From a virus, in the IMG/VR virus record IMGVR_UViG_3300017767_005578, positions 9-64,008 of that record: a DNA stretch of 64,000 nt; one strand, given 5' to 3'. Positions 6,881 to 15,887 of the stretch are shown piece after piece. Under the pieces are notes generated by a model. It had not been told where the DNA came from and did not search any database. It worked only from the letters and a program-made list of their open reading frames with translations. Numbering within the stretch: the stretch's first letter is position 1; the number at the start of each line of letters is the position of its first letter. The translations under genes were made by a program, and so were the position numbers.

Positions 6881-7369
6881 TCATGATTCTTTGATTTGAA
6901 TAATTCCTAAGTCACTTTCGTAATTAAATCTTTCGCATTCTGTTGGTATGTTGATTGGAGGTATATATCCTGCGTGTATTGTTATTACTTCTCCGTTGAA
7001 TACGTATGCTATACCCTTACCTTTTTTGTAACAGTCAGGAGTGTTTTCTGGCATCACAGCGTATCCTTCATTAATAAAACCGATAGGGTTTTGTTTGAAG
7101 AAGTGAACCATTTCTTCTCTAAAGTTTGTTTGTTGTTTTCTTTGATGGCTTAAATTTCCTAGCCATGTTTTAATTATTTTCTTGATAGTCATTTTTGCTG
7201 TTGTATAAGTTTTAGATCTTCTGACTAAAGGATTAATTTGTATTCCTTTGTCGTTTATTAACACACCTACGTTCATCATTTTGTCGATGTCTTTTTGTTG
7301 GTCCAGGTGTTCTTGTGAATTTTTTTTAATTGTGAGTCCTTGTTTGAACTCTTGAAATAAGTTTTCCAT
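6881..7369 (-). CDS. hypothetical protein
   Basis: ORF track. Confidence 0.55.
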   Translation of the reverse strand: MENLFQEFKQGLTIKKNSQEHLDQQKDIDKMMNVGVLINDKGIQINPLVRRSKTYTTAKMTIKKIIKTWLGNLSHQRKQQTNFREEMVHFFKQNPIGFINEGYAVMPENTPDCYKKGKGIAYVFNGEVITIHAGYIPPINIPTECERFNYESDLGIIQIKES

Positions 7370-7374
7370 GATAT

Positions 7375-7518
7375 TTATTTTAGGTATAATCGTTTGTATA
7401 ATTTGTAGCTTGATATGTAACTAATTGTGCAAGCTCCGAGGAACATCCATATATTAAATAAGAATGGAGCAGAGATTGTTGATATTAGCCATATTGCTAT
7501 TAGTATGTTGTTAACCAT
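7375..7518 (-). CDS. small membrane protein (47 aa), absent from ORF track
   Basis: MVNNILIAIWLISTISAPFLFNIWMFLGACTISYISSYKLYKRLYLK; hydrophobic; overlaps upstream stop. Confidence 0.45.
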   Translation of the reverse strand: MVNNILIAIWLISTISAPFLFNIWMFLGACTISYISSYKLYKRLYLK

Positions 7519-7684
7519 AAGCTTTCCAGTTTAGTACTCTTTTGACATCGTATCCTTCTATTTGAAGGAGGGTTTTAATGTCGTAATAAGATTGTTGTTT
7601 TTTTGTTTTAATCACTTCCCATTTCATCTGGAAGGAACTGTCTATAAATTTAATAACAAAGGTTTTCATATTGATTTTAAGCAT
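7511..7684 (-). CDS. small hypothetical protein (57 aa), absent from ORF track
   Basis: TAATG coupling with the methyltransferase stop; translated by hand. Confidence 0.45.
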   Translation of the reverse strand: MLKINMKTFVIKFIDSSFQMKWEVIKTKKQQSYYDIKTLLQIEGYDVKRVLNWKAYG

Positions 7685-8571
7685 TATGTTAGTGGTATAT
7701 TTTTAAAGATGTGTGCTATTACGTCAACTGTCCAACCGTTGCCTATCATTTTTTTTCTTTGATTGTCAGAAACACCTTTGGTATATCCTTCTGGTATTGT
7801 TTGTAACTTTTCTATTTCTGTTATGTTTAGCTTGTATATTTTAAAGTCTTTTACAAATCCGTAGTTACAAGCGGTATTTAAAGTGTTTATTTTTCCTTTA
7901 GAAACTCTACCTCTTCTAGTTTTAGATTTAGGAAAATCTAAGTTTACACCGTCTCCGTTTTCTGCTATTAAATATCCTTTTTTTGTAGCGTTTCTAACGT
8001 AAACACCTTTATCGTCTGTTTTTAATATTAAGTCTTTATCAACGTATTCTTTTCTATCAGAGTCAATTAAAACATCACTAAGTGTGATACCTTTGTCTAA
8101 GGGTTGTTCTATATTAGGTATGTTGGTCCAGTATAGCCTTTCTCTTTTTTGAGCAGACACTAGACTACTATTTATTAAAATACAGTCTACTCCTAATTCT
8201 TTTGTTATTATATGCTCCCATTCTTTTTTCATAAGCACATTTTCTAGAAGAAAGTATTTAGGTTTTGTTTCTTTTAATAATCTTAAAAATTCCCAAAACA
8301 ATTTACTTTTACCATCGAATCCGCTTCCGTCACCTGATCTACTAAAACTTTGGCAAGGGCTACCACCAAAAAGTAAATCAATCTTTGGCAAATCTTCTGC
8401 TTTTACATCAACTACATTACCAATTTGTTTAGTGTTAGGGTAGTTCTTCTGTGTTATTTGTATAGCGTATTTGTCAATCTCGCTTGCAAAGTAATTATCA
8501 TAATTAATCCCTAGCTTGTTGAGTGCTATCTGTCCACAGCTCATTCCGTCAAATAAACTTAATACATTCAT
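7684..8571 (-). CDS. dcm: C5 DNA cytosine methyltransferase
   Basis: Motif I LSLFDGMSCG, motif IV GGSPCQS, motif VI LLENV, QKRERLYW, KMIGNGW. Confidence 0.92.
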   Translation of the reverse strand: MNVLSLFDGMSCGQIALNKLGINYDNYFASEIDKYAIQITQKNYPNTKQIGNVVDVKAEDLPKIDLLFGGSPCQSFSRSGDGSGFDGKSKLFWEFLRLLKETKPKYFLLENVLMKKEWEHIITKELGVDCILINSSLVSAQKRERLYWTNIPNIEQPLDKGITLSDVLIDSDRKEYVDKDLILKTDDKGVYVRNATKKGYLIAENGDGVNLDFPKSKTRRGRVSKGKINTLNTACNYGFVKDFKIYKLNITEIEKLQTIPEGYTKGVSDNQRKKMIGNGWTVDVIAHIFKNIPLT

Positions 8572-8630
8572 TTTTTAAAAATTTAATTATACGTTTTTAT
8601 TGTTTTCTATACCAGGAGTGTTGGTTGTAA

Positions 8631-9407
8631 TTAATCCCATTGTTCTGTTATCTTTATCTGTTCGATTTTAAAATACACTCTTGATATGTGTCTGTAGTCA
8701 TTTAAAAAAACAGGAACTAATTTTTTCTTATTCCTTTCACCTATTTTTATAATTTCATCAACTATCTTTTTGCTTCTAAAATCTTCCAGTTTTTTAATTC
8801 CGTAATGTCTCCTGACAAAATCTAATCTTTTCCATCGTTTGTGTCCCATTTCTCCTAAAGTTATTATTAACCCTTTTTTAGCCATTTTTATACATAAATC
8901 AAAGCAATCAAAAGCAGAGCCAAATGGATCTATATCTATTAAATCAAACTTTGCGTTTTCGTAGTATAATTTGCACACTAGCTTTTCAGCTTTTTCAGAA
9001 TAGTATGTATTAAATCTTTCGTCTATATCGTTTGTGTAAAGTTCATCTACTTTACCTTCGTAATAAGATTTAGCACCAGAAAATAGGTCTAAAACTATTT
9101 TGGGTTTTATTTGTTCTAAAAACAAATCATTGTGTAAGTACTTATCTTCTCTATGAGGATCATTATAAGTAACACCATTTTTTTTAGATAGCCTTTTCAT
9201 TTTAATAGAAACGCTTACCAGTTCTCTGTATAAAAACTTAGCAATGTCTTTGTTTTTAAAGCCTTTATCCTTAAGATTTAACGCCCATTCAATTTCTTTT
9301 TCTGTCCATTTTCTTGGGTTGTTTTTAGTTAAGCCACTGTTTTTTGTTTCTTTACCCATATACTTTTTAGGTAAATAAAATTGCTCGTCTAGTTCAAATA
9401 GTTTCAT
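8631..9407 (-). CDS. Myb/GcrA-like HTH fused to a SAM-dependent methyltransferase
   Basis: RKWTEKEIEWA...IAKFLYR..VSV HTH; VLDLFSG motif I; DLIDIDPFGS motif IV. Confidence 0.6.
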   Translation of the reverse strand: MKLFELDEQFYLPKKYMGKETKNSGLTKNNPRKWTEKEIEWALNLKDKGFKNKDIAKFLYRELVSVSIKMKRLSKKNGVTYNDPHREDKYLHNDLFLEQIKPKIVLDLFSGAKSYYEGKVDELYTNDIDERFNTYYSEKAEKLVCKLYYENAKFDLIDIDPFGSAFDCFDLCIKMAKKGLIITLGEMGHKRWKRLDFVRRHYGIKKLEDFRSKKIVDEIIKIGERNKKKLVPVFLNDYRHISRVYFKIEQIKITEQWD

Positions 9408-9419
9408 GACTGTTTGTTT

Positions 9420-9686
9420 TTAAAGTTCTAATAATTCTGATTCCACTTCCTCCAGATTCCACTTTTCAATTAGCTTGTTTAATCGCTTTTCAAAAGAATT
9501 AAATGTTTTAGAAGTATGAACCATTTCACCATTAAATTCAATGCTAAATCCATTTGCCCATGAATGATTTTGCCTTTGAATTAATGTTGCCATTCTAATA
9601 TCATCATCCCCTGTAATTGCTTGAAAATTTTCATTAGATAATGTTATTACAAATCCCTTTTTTAATCTTGTTTTTAAATTTTCCAT
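9420..9686 (-). CDS. early hypothetical protein (true start likely MENLK; the track's MCD start comes from the repeat motif)
   Basis: A-rich leader aaaacaaacaatc-ATG. Confidence 0.6.
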   Translation of the reverse strand: MENLKTRLKKGFVITLSNENFQAITGDDDIRMATLIQRQNHSWANGFSIEFNGEMVHTSKTFNSFEKRLNKLIEKWNLEEVESELLEL

Positions 9687-9716
9687 GATTGTTTGTTTTT
9701 TAATGTCACACATTTA

Positions 9717-10259
9717 TTATATGGCTCTATAATATATAAAAGCTCTTATCCTATCACATATAGACTGTTCTAGTTCAGAAGCCAGGTCATAAAACTCATG
9801 ACCTAAGTTACCTAAACAACCGTCTGAGAATAAGCTAAAATGATATTGAGGAGTTATGGTTTCGTATAGTCCTTCGTTAATCTTATTTGAAATAATACAC
9901 ACATCTAACCTTTGTCTTATCTCCAATTGTTTTACGCTTTCAGTATCTATTGTTTTATACATTTCAAAACTAACTTTAACGTGGTTTTTTCCTTGTGTAA
10001 ATTCAGCAAATGGAATCCTGTGTTTATTGTCATCTATCCAATCAAAGTCACACCCTTCAATCTCAGCTTCTGTTATTTTAGAATATATTTTACTGATTGT
10101 TTCTCTTAGTATGTCTTCAAACTGGTTAAGAATAGTTTTATTGATCTTGTTAGCGTTTGCTTTTTCTTGTTCAATTTCTGAATGAGTTTTAGAAATTGTT
10201 GTGAAGATGTTGTCACTTGCAACATCCTGTTCTTTAAATTTTAAAATTATTGTTTTCAT
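9717..10259 (-). CDS. early hypothetical protein
   Basis: ORF track; A-rich leader. Confidence 0.6.
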   Translation of the reverse strand: MKTIILKFKEQDVASDNIFTTISKTHSEIEQEKANANKINKTILNQFEDILRETISKIYSKITEAEIEGCDFDWIDDNKHRIPFAEFTQGKNHVKVSFEMYKTIDTESVKQLEIRQRLDVCIISNKINEGLYETITPQYHFSLFSDGCLGNLGHEFYDLASELEQSICDRIRAFIYYRAI

Positions 10260-10723
10260 GATTGTTGTTTTTTAATTGTTTGAATTATATCTCGTTCCAT
10301 TATTTTTAAAACATCATCTACTGTTTTAACTCTAGAGCCATGTAGTTCAAGATAATAGTCTCCAGTGTATGTTGTGTATTTACTGTCTTTAAAATCTCTG
10401 TTATTTTCAGGTATTATTTTAAGATTATAAACATTACCATTAATAACAGCTTCAGCTTTGCTACCCATACACTCGTTTGAGTATTTAATAAACAGGCAAG
10501 GCTCTTTAAATCCGAATATATGTGCAACATTTAATTCTCTGTTTATGCTTTCCACAAAGTCACAAAGAATTTTATTGTAGATTTTTGTTGACTTTTTGTT
10601 GATAGCTTCGGTTATATTAATTTGATTCTGTTCATCATTAGCTGTGTTGATAAAGCTATTTATTAATGAATTTTCTTCTGCGTGGACACTTTCCACTTCT
10701 ACTGTAAAGTTGTAAGTTTTCAT
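10256..10723 (-). CDS. early hypothetical protein (N-terminus similar to that of 9717-10259)
   Basis: ORF track; A-rich leader. Confidence 0.6.
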   Translation of the reverse strand: MKTYNFTVEVESVHAEENSLINSFINTANDEQNQINITEAINKKSTKIYNKILCDFVESINRELNVAHIFGFKEPCLFIKYSNECMGSKAEAVINGNVYNLKIIPENNRDFKDSKYTTYTGDYYLELHGSRVKTVDDVLKIMERDIIQTIKKQQS

Positions 10724-10742
10724 GATTGATTGATTTTAATTG

Positions 10743-11039
10743 TTATCTACTTTTTATGTTGTCAATTTTTGATGTACCAGAGTTGATCATATCAAAAACT
10801 TTATTCCAGTTACTGTCATCAGCTTCCCATTCGATGTCATCTATATCAAATTCTATTTGAAAGTTTCTATAGGAATCTCTATGAGAGTTAAGTTTAAAAT
10901 CACCGTCATCATTTTTCTTGAGGGTAATTTTATGTCTGTTATCACACATACAAGATATAAGGTTAATAACTACTTCTCTTGCATTTTCTTTTACCTCCAG
11001 CTTCGGAGGGTTGTTTAGTAATTCTGTGTATTTGTCCAT
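10743..11039 (-). CDS. early hypothetical protein
   Basis: ORF track; motif and A-rich leader upstream. Confidence 0.6.
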   Translation of the reverse strand: MDKYTELLNNPPKLEVKENAREVVINLISCMCDNRHKITLKKNDDGDFKLNSHRDSYRNFQIEFDIDDIEWEADDSNWNKVFDMINSGTSKIDNIKSR

Positions 11040-11065
11040 GATTGTTTGTTTTTAAGGTCACACAT

Positions 11066-11674
11066 TTAGTAATATTGTTCTCCATCTTCTGTAAATTCAT
11101 ACTCATTAGCTATAATACTCTCCTCTATAGCTTCTCTAGAAGTATAGTACTCGTATCCTTGTTCTAGTGAATCGTATATCTTGTTACATATATCTTCGTA
11201 GTGTTCTCTTATTTCATATAAGATGTCTTCGCAGATGTCTTCTATATTGGAATAGTTTTTATATTGCCAATCGTTAGTAAATTCAGTTTCTAAGTTATCT
11301 GAATAACTTTTTGAATGGTAGTAATGTCCACTTTGTTTGAAGCTACCGTATATGTTTATATCACCGTTTTTAATTAGCTTGATAACTCTGGACCAATTTT
11401 TTTGATATTGCTGGTTGTTATATCCTGGAGTTATGAAGTTTAGTATATCTTCGTTTGGTGATCCTTCAAACATAGCACCGTCACCTTGTGACCAGAATCC
11501 TCTGAAATATATTTTATCAATATCGAATCCTGTTTCATCTTCCTTGTACATTTCGTATACGTGTTCCCACCAATCATAATGTGTATTAATGTCGTGAAAT
11601 TTTTCAATTACTTTTTCTTGTGCTTCTTCACTAAGTTCCTTGAACTTGTAAATTTCAATTGTTTCTTTTCTCAT
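11066..11674 (-). CDS. conserved phage/MGE hypothetical protein (YKFKELSEEAQEK...DWWE...FWSQGDGA family)
   Basis: Family motif recognised; function not established. Confidence 0.6.
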   Translation of the reverse strand: MRKETIEIYKFKELSEEAQEKVIEKFHDINTHYDWWEHVYEMYKEDETGFDIDKIYFRGFWSQGDGAMFEGSPNEDILNFITPGYNNQQYQKNWSRVIKLIKNGDINIYGSFKQSGHYYHSKSYSDNLETEFTNDWQYKNYSNIEDICEDILYEIREHYEDICNKIYDSLEQGYEYYTSREAIEESIIANEYEFTEDGEQYY

Positions 11675-11754
11675 GATATTTATATTTTATCCTCATTAGA
11701 TTAAGTGTGTAACCTTGAGCGAGGATATTACTCAAGGTCACACATTTATTATTA
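11672..11754 (-). promoter_or_regulatory. structured intergenic leader, copy 1 (14-bp hairpin plus possible pseudoknot)
   Basis: TGTGTGACCTTGAG-11nt-CTCAAGGTTACACA; loop ATCCTC is complementary to downstream GAGGAT. Confidence 0.6.
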
Positions 11755-12723
11755 AGCCCAACCCAACTTAGTAGCTAGATTAAGCATTTCACTGTATTCT
11801 ATCTTATGGCATCCTACTACCATATCTCCTGAACTATGTATAAGGTCAACACTATATACACCTATCTCAAAAGTTACACCGTTACGCTTCCATTGTTGTC
11901 CCGTTTCAACAACGTGTTGAACTAGCTTCCAAAGTTTCTTAGCGTTATCCATAGGTACTTCTGCTCTCCTACTGGTTTCAATGGTTTCACTGTCTTTTAC
12001 TCTTAACAAGTACCCTGCTACGTATGGACAGTAGCTTGTTTCGTGGTTTCTCCACTTCTCAATACCTTCTTTTGCTTCAGCTAATTCCCTAGCTTTTTTA
12101 CGCTTTTCAGCTTCTATAGCTTTACGCTTATTTTCTTTTATCTTTTTTATAGCATCTTCAGATAAAAGTATTTCTAAGGGATTGTCAGAATATATTAATT
12201 CTTTTTCTGACTTTTTGAGTTTAGATTTTAGCTTGAATATATTGGTTAAGTTAACAGCGTGTTCTATATGAGAATTTATTTCTCTAGTATAGTCATATTT
12301 TCTAGCTCTTAACTGTTTTTTAGCTAGTTCTTCAACGCTTTTAATGTGTTCACGTACATTGTTAACAAATGTTTCTTTTTCTTTAGAATAATCATTGTCT
12401 CTATGCGTGTAGCCGTAGGGCATTTTATTAACATTTATACGTGTATAGTGACTAGGAATAGCATAACTAACGGCATTCTGTTGTTTTGCTGTTGTGTTAC
12501 TATAAGAGTGATCATACCAAAGGACCAAAGTTCCGTAATCTTTGTTTTTGTGTTCTTCTGGTGTTACTATTCTAGCAATTTCAAAGTGACTACCGTATGA
12601 GTAGATACTTTTATTGTTAAAATAGAAGCTGTTTCCGCTGTTTCTAGCGTGTTCTTGTGATTGATGCGCCCAAAGGTGAGCGATTTCATCTTTGCTTGAA
12701 AATACTTGTTTTATTCGTGCCAT
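11752..12723 (-). CDS. conserved early phage protein (YSYGSHF / YSNTTAKQQ family)
   Basis: Family motifs recognised; function unknown. Confidence 0.6.
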   Translation of the reverse strand: MARIKQVFSSKDEIAHLWAHQSQEHARNSGNSFYFNNKSIYSYGSHFEIARIVTPEEHKNKDYGTLVLWYDHSYSNTTAKQQNAVSYAIPSHYTRINVNKMPYGYTHRDNDYSKEKETFVNNVREHIKSVEELAKKQLRARKYDYTREINSHIEHAVNLTNIFKLKSKLKKSEKELIYSDNPLEILLSEDAIKKIKENKRKAIEAEKRKKARELAEAKEGIEKWRNHETSYCPYVAGYLLRVKDSETIETSRRAEVPMDNAKKLWKLVQHVVETGQQWKRNGVTFEIGVYSVDLIHSSGDMVVGCHKIEYSEMLNLATKLGWA

Positions 12724-12803
12724 AACTTTTATATTTTATCCTCTTAATTTTTTGTGTGTAACCTTAAGTGAGGATGTTACTCAAGGTTGCACATTTATTA
12801 TTA
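12721..12803 (-). promoter_or_regulatory. structured intergenic leader, copy 2
   Basis: TGTGCAACCTTGAG-11nt-CTTAAGGTTACACA, same loop/GAGGAT arrangement as copy 1. Confidence 0.6.
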
Positions 12804-13166
12804 GTAAATTGTTTTAAGATAGTTTCTTAGTTCTCTCATTTCCCATGTAGCATCTTGACCAGCACAATAAGATATTCTAGCATTGCTTTTATTATACTTA
12901 GATAAGAAGAATCTACCCAAAGCCCAATGCTGAGGAGATCTAAACAGTAAACACCGTTCTATTATTTCTTTTGTTCTATGTATACCACCTATTTGCTGTG
13001 TTAACATATCACAAAGCTGTCTTTTAAATTCGTCTGTTAATTGAACTTTGGACCATCCTGTTGTCTTTAGATACATCCTACCGTTTAATAATTCTTGTGC
13101 AGATGTTTGTGAACCTGCTACTTTCCATGCTTTTTCTAAACTGTCAATTTTTGTAATTCGTCCCAT
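12801..13166 (-). CDS. early hypothetical protein
   Basis: ORF track. Confidence 0.6.
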   Translation of the reverse strand: MGRITKIDSLEKAWKVAGSQTSAQELLNGRMYLKTTGWSKVQLTDEFKRQLCDMLTQQIGGIHRTKEIIERCLLFRSPQHWALGRFFLSKYNKSNARISYCAGQDATWEMRELRNYLKTIY

Positions 13167-13228
13167 TGTAATAGAGTTTTATATTATTGGCTCACTTTAT
13201 AGGCTGAGCTAATTACCTTTTTACTAAG

Positions 13229-13441
13229 TTAGTGATTTTCTTTTGTACTGACAATCTTAAATTCACTAAAGTTTGTTTTTATTATTAAATCTGTTCTTTT
13301 TTCTTCTATCCATTTTTGAAACCATGATTGTAGAAATTTAGGTGCAGGTTGCATGTCGCTACCTTGTTCAATATAGAATGTATCGTTTACTTTGTAAATC
13401 GGATTGTTTCTAAGATCTTTGTATACTTCAAAATTTTTCAT
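13229..13441 (-). CDS. early hypothetical protein
   Basis: ORF track. Confidence 0.55.
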   Translation of the reverse strand: MKNFEVYKDLRNNPIYKVNDTFYIEQGSDMQPAPKFLQSWFQKWIEEKRTDLIIKTNFSEFKIVSTKENH

Positions 13442-13448
13442 AATTGAT

Positions 13449-13682
13449 TTAGTTTATTTCTATTATTTCTAATATGTTGTGATCTGTTTCGTGGTCATAT
13501 TCCATTGGGTGAATCTCACTTTCAAAAAATTCATCTTCGTTTGGTGTTCCTAGTTCGCCCATTGTAATTTCGTCACCTGTTTTTACTTTTTTTGCTTCTG
13601 GGTATTTTTTTTCGTCAACATCTACAGAAAAGAATGTTTTGTAGTTTGTTGCGTCCCTGTATCTAAATTCTATTGTTTTCAT
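13449..13682 (-). CDS. early hypothetical protein (true start likely MKTIEF)
   Basis: ORF track; YRDATNYK motif; upstream MCN start comes from the repeat motif. Confidence 0.55.
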   Translation of the reverse strand: MKTIEFRYRDATNYKTFFSVDVDEKKYPEAKKVKTGDEITMGELGTPNEDEFFESEIHPMEYDHETDHNILEIIEIN

Positions 13683-13698
13683 GTTTTCAAATTTAAGG

Positions 13699-13962
13699 TT
13701 ACACATTTACTCTAATTACCATATTAAGAGGTATGTCATATCCATCAGGATCAATAACGGGCTCAGATTCCTTGTATCCTTCTTCATCAGGCTCTGAGTC
13801 TTCGTCTATTACATATTCAATTTCTAGCCATTCACTAATTATTGGGTTATCGCTTCCGTAGCTATCTTTTACTCTTGCCATTGTTCCGCAATCGCTTAAT
13901 TGAATTTCGTATCCTCCCCAATTCGACACTGTGTAGTGTCCATGTGTTATAAAGTCTTCCAT
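13699..13962 (-). CDS. early hypothetical acidic protein (SNWGGYEI family)
   Basis: ORF track. Confidence 0.55.
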   Translation of the reverse strand: MEDFITHGHYTVSNWGGYEIQLSDCGTMARVKDSYGSDNPIISEWLEIEYVIDEDSEPDEEGYKESEPVIDPDGYDIPLNMVIRVNV

Positions 13963-13973
13963 TTTGTTTGTTT

Positions 13974-14225
13974 TTAGTTAGTAAATATTTTTAATAGTTT
14001 TTTGTAGTGTTTTTTAGCGTCTGTCAGGTTTTCGTATGTTTCCCATATCTTACAGTCGTTTCTAGTTATTAGAATTTTTTTGTCGTTTCTAAATGCCTGG
14101 ACATGATAAACGCCATGTTCACGATACATAGTTATTTTAGTTGTTTTTGTTTGGATGTTTTCTATGTATCCGCACATAAAACCGTATTCGCTAGTAAATC
14201 CGTCTTTGTTTTTGATCTTTTTCAT
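13974..14225 (-). CDS. early hypothetical protein (SEYGFMCGY motif)
   Basis: ORF track. Confidence 0.55.
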   Translation of the reverse strand: MKKIKNKDGFTSEYGFMCGYIENIQTKTTKITMYREHGVYHVQAFRNDKKILITRNDCKIWETYENLTDAKKHYKKLLKIFTN

Positions 14226-14236
14226 GGTTCTTTTTT

Positions 14237-14461
14237 TTAGTTGTTATACATATAAGGTTTTCCTATTAAATCACCGTTTTTGTCTATTTCTATAATTCCT
14301 TTGTCTGTTGATACTTCAAACGTGCTACTAATAGGGTTTAAAGATACCCAAGGATTTAAAGAAATTTCTATTTCTGTGACTGCTTCAGCTAATGGTGTTT
14401 TTAGCCCTGATATAGACAAATTTATTAATTGGTCTAATATTTTTTGTTCTATTTCGTTCAT
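14237..14461 (-). CDS. early hypothetical protein (true start likely MNEIEQK)
   Basis: The upstream part of the tracked ORF overlaps the lipoprotein ORF in another frame. Confidence 0.5.
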   Translation of the reverse strand: MNEIEQKILDQLINLSISGLKTPLAEAVTEIEISLNPWVSLNPISSTFEVSTDKGIIEIDKNGDLIGKPYMYNN

Positions 14462-14483
14462 GGTTCTTGTTTTTAAATTGTGT

Positions 14484-14612
14484 TTATTCATAAGCGGAAC
14501 AGTGCTTGTAATTATCCCAAATTTTAAAATGAGTTTTTTCTGAACTTGCACAGCTTGTTAAAATTAAAATTAGTGTTATAATGGCTATTGGTTTAAAAAT
14601 TGTTTGTTTCAT
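14484..14612 (-). CDS. 42-aa lipoprotein, absent from ORF track
   Basis: MKQTIFKPIAIITLILILTS-CASSEK...: basic N-terminus, hydrophobic core, LTSC lipobox; A-rich leader. Confidence 0.65.
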   Translation of the reverse strand: MKQTIFKPIAIITLILILTSCASSEKTHFKIWDNYKHCSAYE

Positions 14613-14624
14613 TTTTGTTTGTTT

Positions 14625-14780
14625 TTAAAGTTCAAATGTTTTGTAAATTCCTGTATTGAAAGGAAGCCAGATATAAAAAGTTTTATCTTTTTTGTTGTTA
14701 AAAATAGTTACCGCAAAAACTGTTTTTTGCTTCATTTTTTTTGTTATGCCCGTATGCATGAAGATTCTGATCTTTTTCAT
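14625..14780 (-). CDS. early hypothetical protein (true start likely MKKIRIF)
   Basis: ORF track; A-rich leader. Confidence 0.45.
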   Translation of the reverse strand: MKKIRIFMHTGITKKMKQKTVFAVTIFNNKKDKTFYIWLPFNTGIYKTFEL

Positions 14781-15488
14781 TTTGTTTGTTTTATTTTGTG
14801 CGACATTGCACATTTATAATAGAAACCCTCTAAAGATTTGAACTTTACTAAAGACACAATATAAAATTTGTCTAAGGGTTTTAGCTTTTTTATTTATCAC
14901 CGCTTGCAAGCTGTTAAACAATACGATTGCAATTTTTAGTTGATTGCTAACTATATAAAGGCAAGGTGACACATTTAATATATGCCACCTTGCAAGTATA
15001 CCATATAAGAATACAGTATATAACATGTAGATCTTTTTTATCTTACATTTATTGATTCATTTGTTTACACTTTCGGTTTGTTCCGAACTGTTTTTTTAAA
15101 CTGTAGTAACTGAAGACTACGTGTAAAAATTCAATTTAGCTTTTTACTTGCTAGTTGTAAATAGGCTTTTTTATCGCATAGCAACTAAACTATGAGTTTA
15201 CAACATAGGTTATATTTCAAACCGCCTTAATACTAGGTTTTTTAATTGCGCTACTAATTAAAAAACTTTTTTTAATATCAATACTTCAAAGAAAATTCAA
15301 ATCCGTTTAAAAGTGTTAACACGTCAATTCAACACTACCCAATTAAGGGCTAATTATCCCGCTATAATTTAAACGCTTTAAAATGAACGAATAATATAGT
15401 TTTAGTTTAAAAGCCCCTTTGCTACGTCAAAGCACTATATTTTAAAAGGGGTACACGTTTTTAAAAGGAACGTGCAAACCGTTATTAA

Positions 15489-15887
15489 TTAGCCTAGTTT
15501 CTCGTTTAACGTCTCAAAATCTTGAGTAGTAAATTGTTTTATTTGGTATCTCGATGCCTCAATACAGATTGAAACGTTATTTTTGAAACGTGTTCTACCT
15601 TTTTTGTTCCATTGCAATTTGCATTTTTGTTGTAATTGCGTGAAGGCTAGGCCAGTATTTAATATTGTTTCGTGTTCGTTTTCGTCGTTAACGTTTTCAA
15701 CACGTACTAAAACAGGTAAAGAGAAATTAAACAATTTTGCATTTGAGTTTTTAAAAAAACTTAACATTTCATAGAAATTGCCTACTAAAGTGTTAACGTT
15801 TGTTTCGTCCGTTAATTCATAGGTTAAATTATTCGTTAAATCAACCGTTTGATTTTTGTCTAATTGGTAAAAAGTTACTTTTTTCAT
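15489..15887 (-). CDS. hypothetical protein, first gene of the leftward early block
   Basis: ORF track. Confidence 0.55.
   Translation of the reverse strand: MKKVTFYQLDKNQTVDLTNNLTYELTDETNVNTLVGNFYEMLSFFKNSNAKLFNFSLPVLVRVENVNDENEHETILNTGLAFTQLQQKCKLQWNKKGRTRFKNNVSICIEASRYQIKQFTTQDFETLNEKLG

Noticed and set aside
8620-8630. Stop codon followed by TTACAACCAAC, like a cassette R'' end, after the HTH-MTase gene
   Set aside because: No matching GTT box at the gene start and no convincing stem downstream; at most a decayed half-site.
14814-15026. Tracked 70-aa ORF (and 16278-16475)
   Set aside because: These overlap regulatory motifs or the C-run tract, have atypical composition and lack an A-rich leader; probably non-coding.
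15065-15125. CTGAAGA and CGAAA segments suggesting a hammerhead ribozyme
   Set aside because: The two core elements are on opposite strands and not in hammerhead order. The CTGAAGA copies at 63.4-63.5 kb also lack a GAAA partner.
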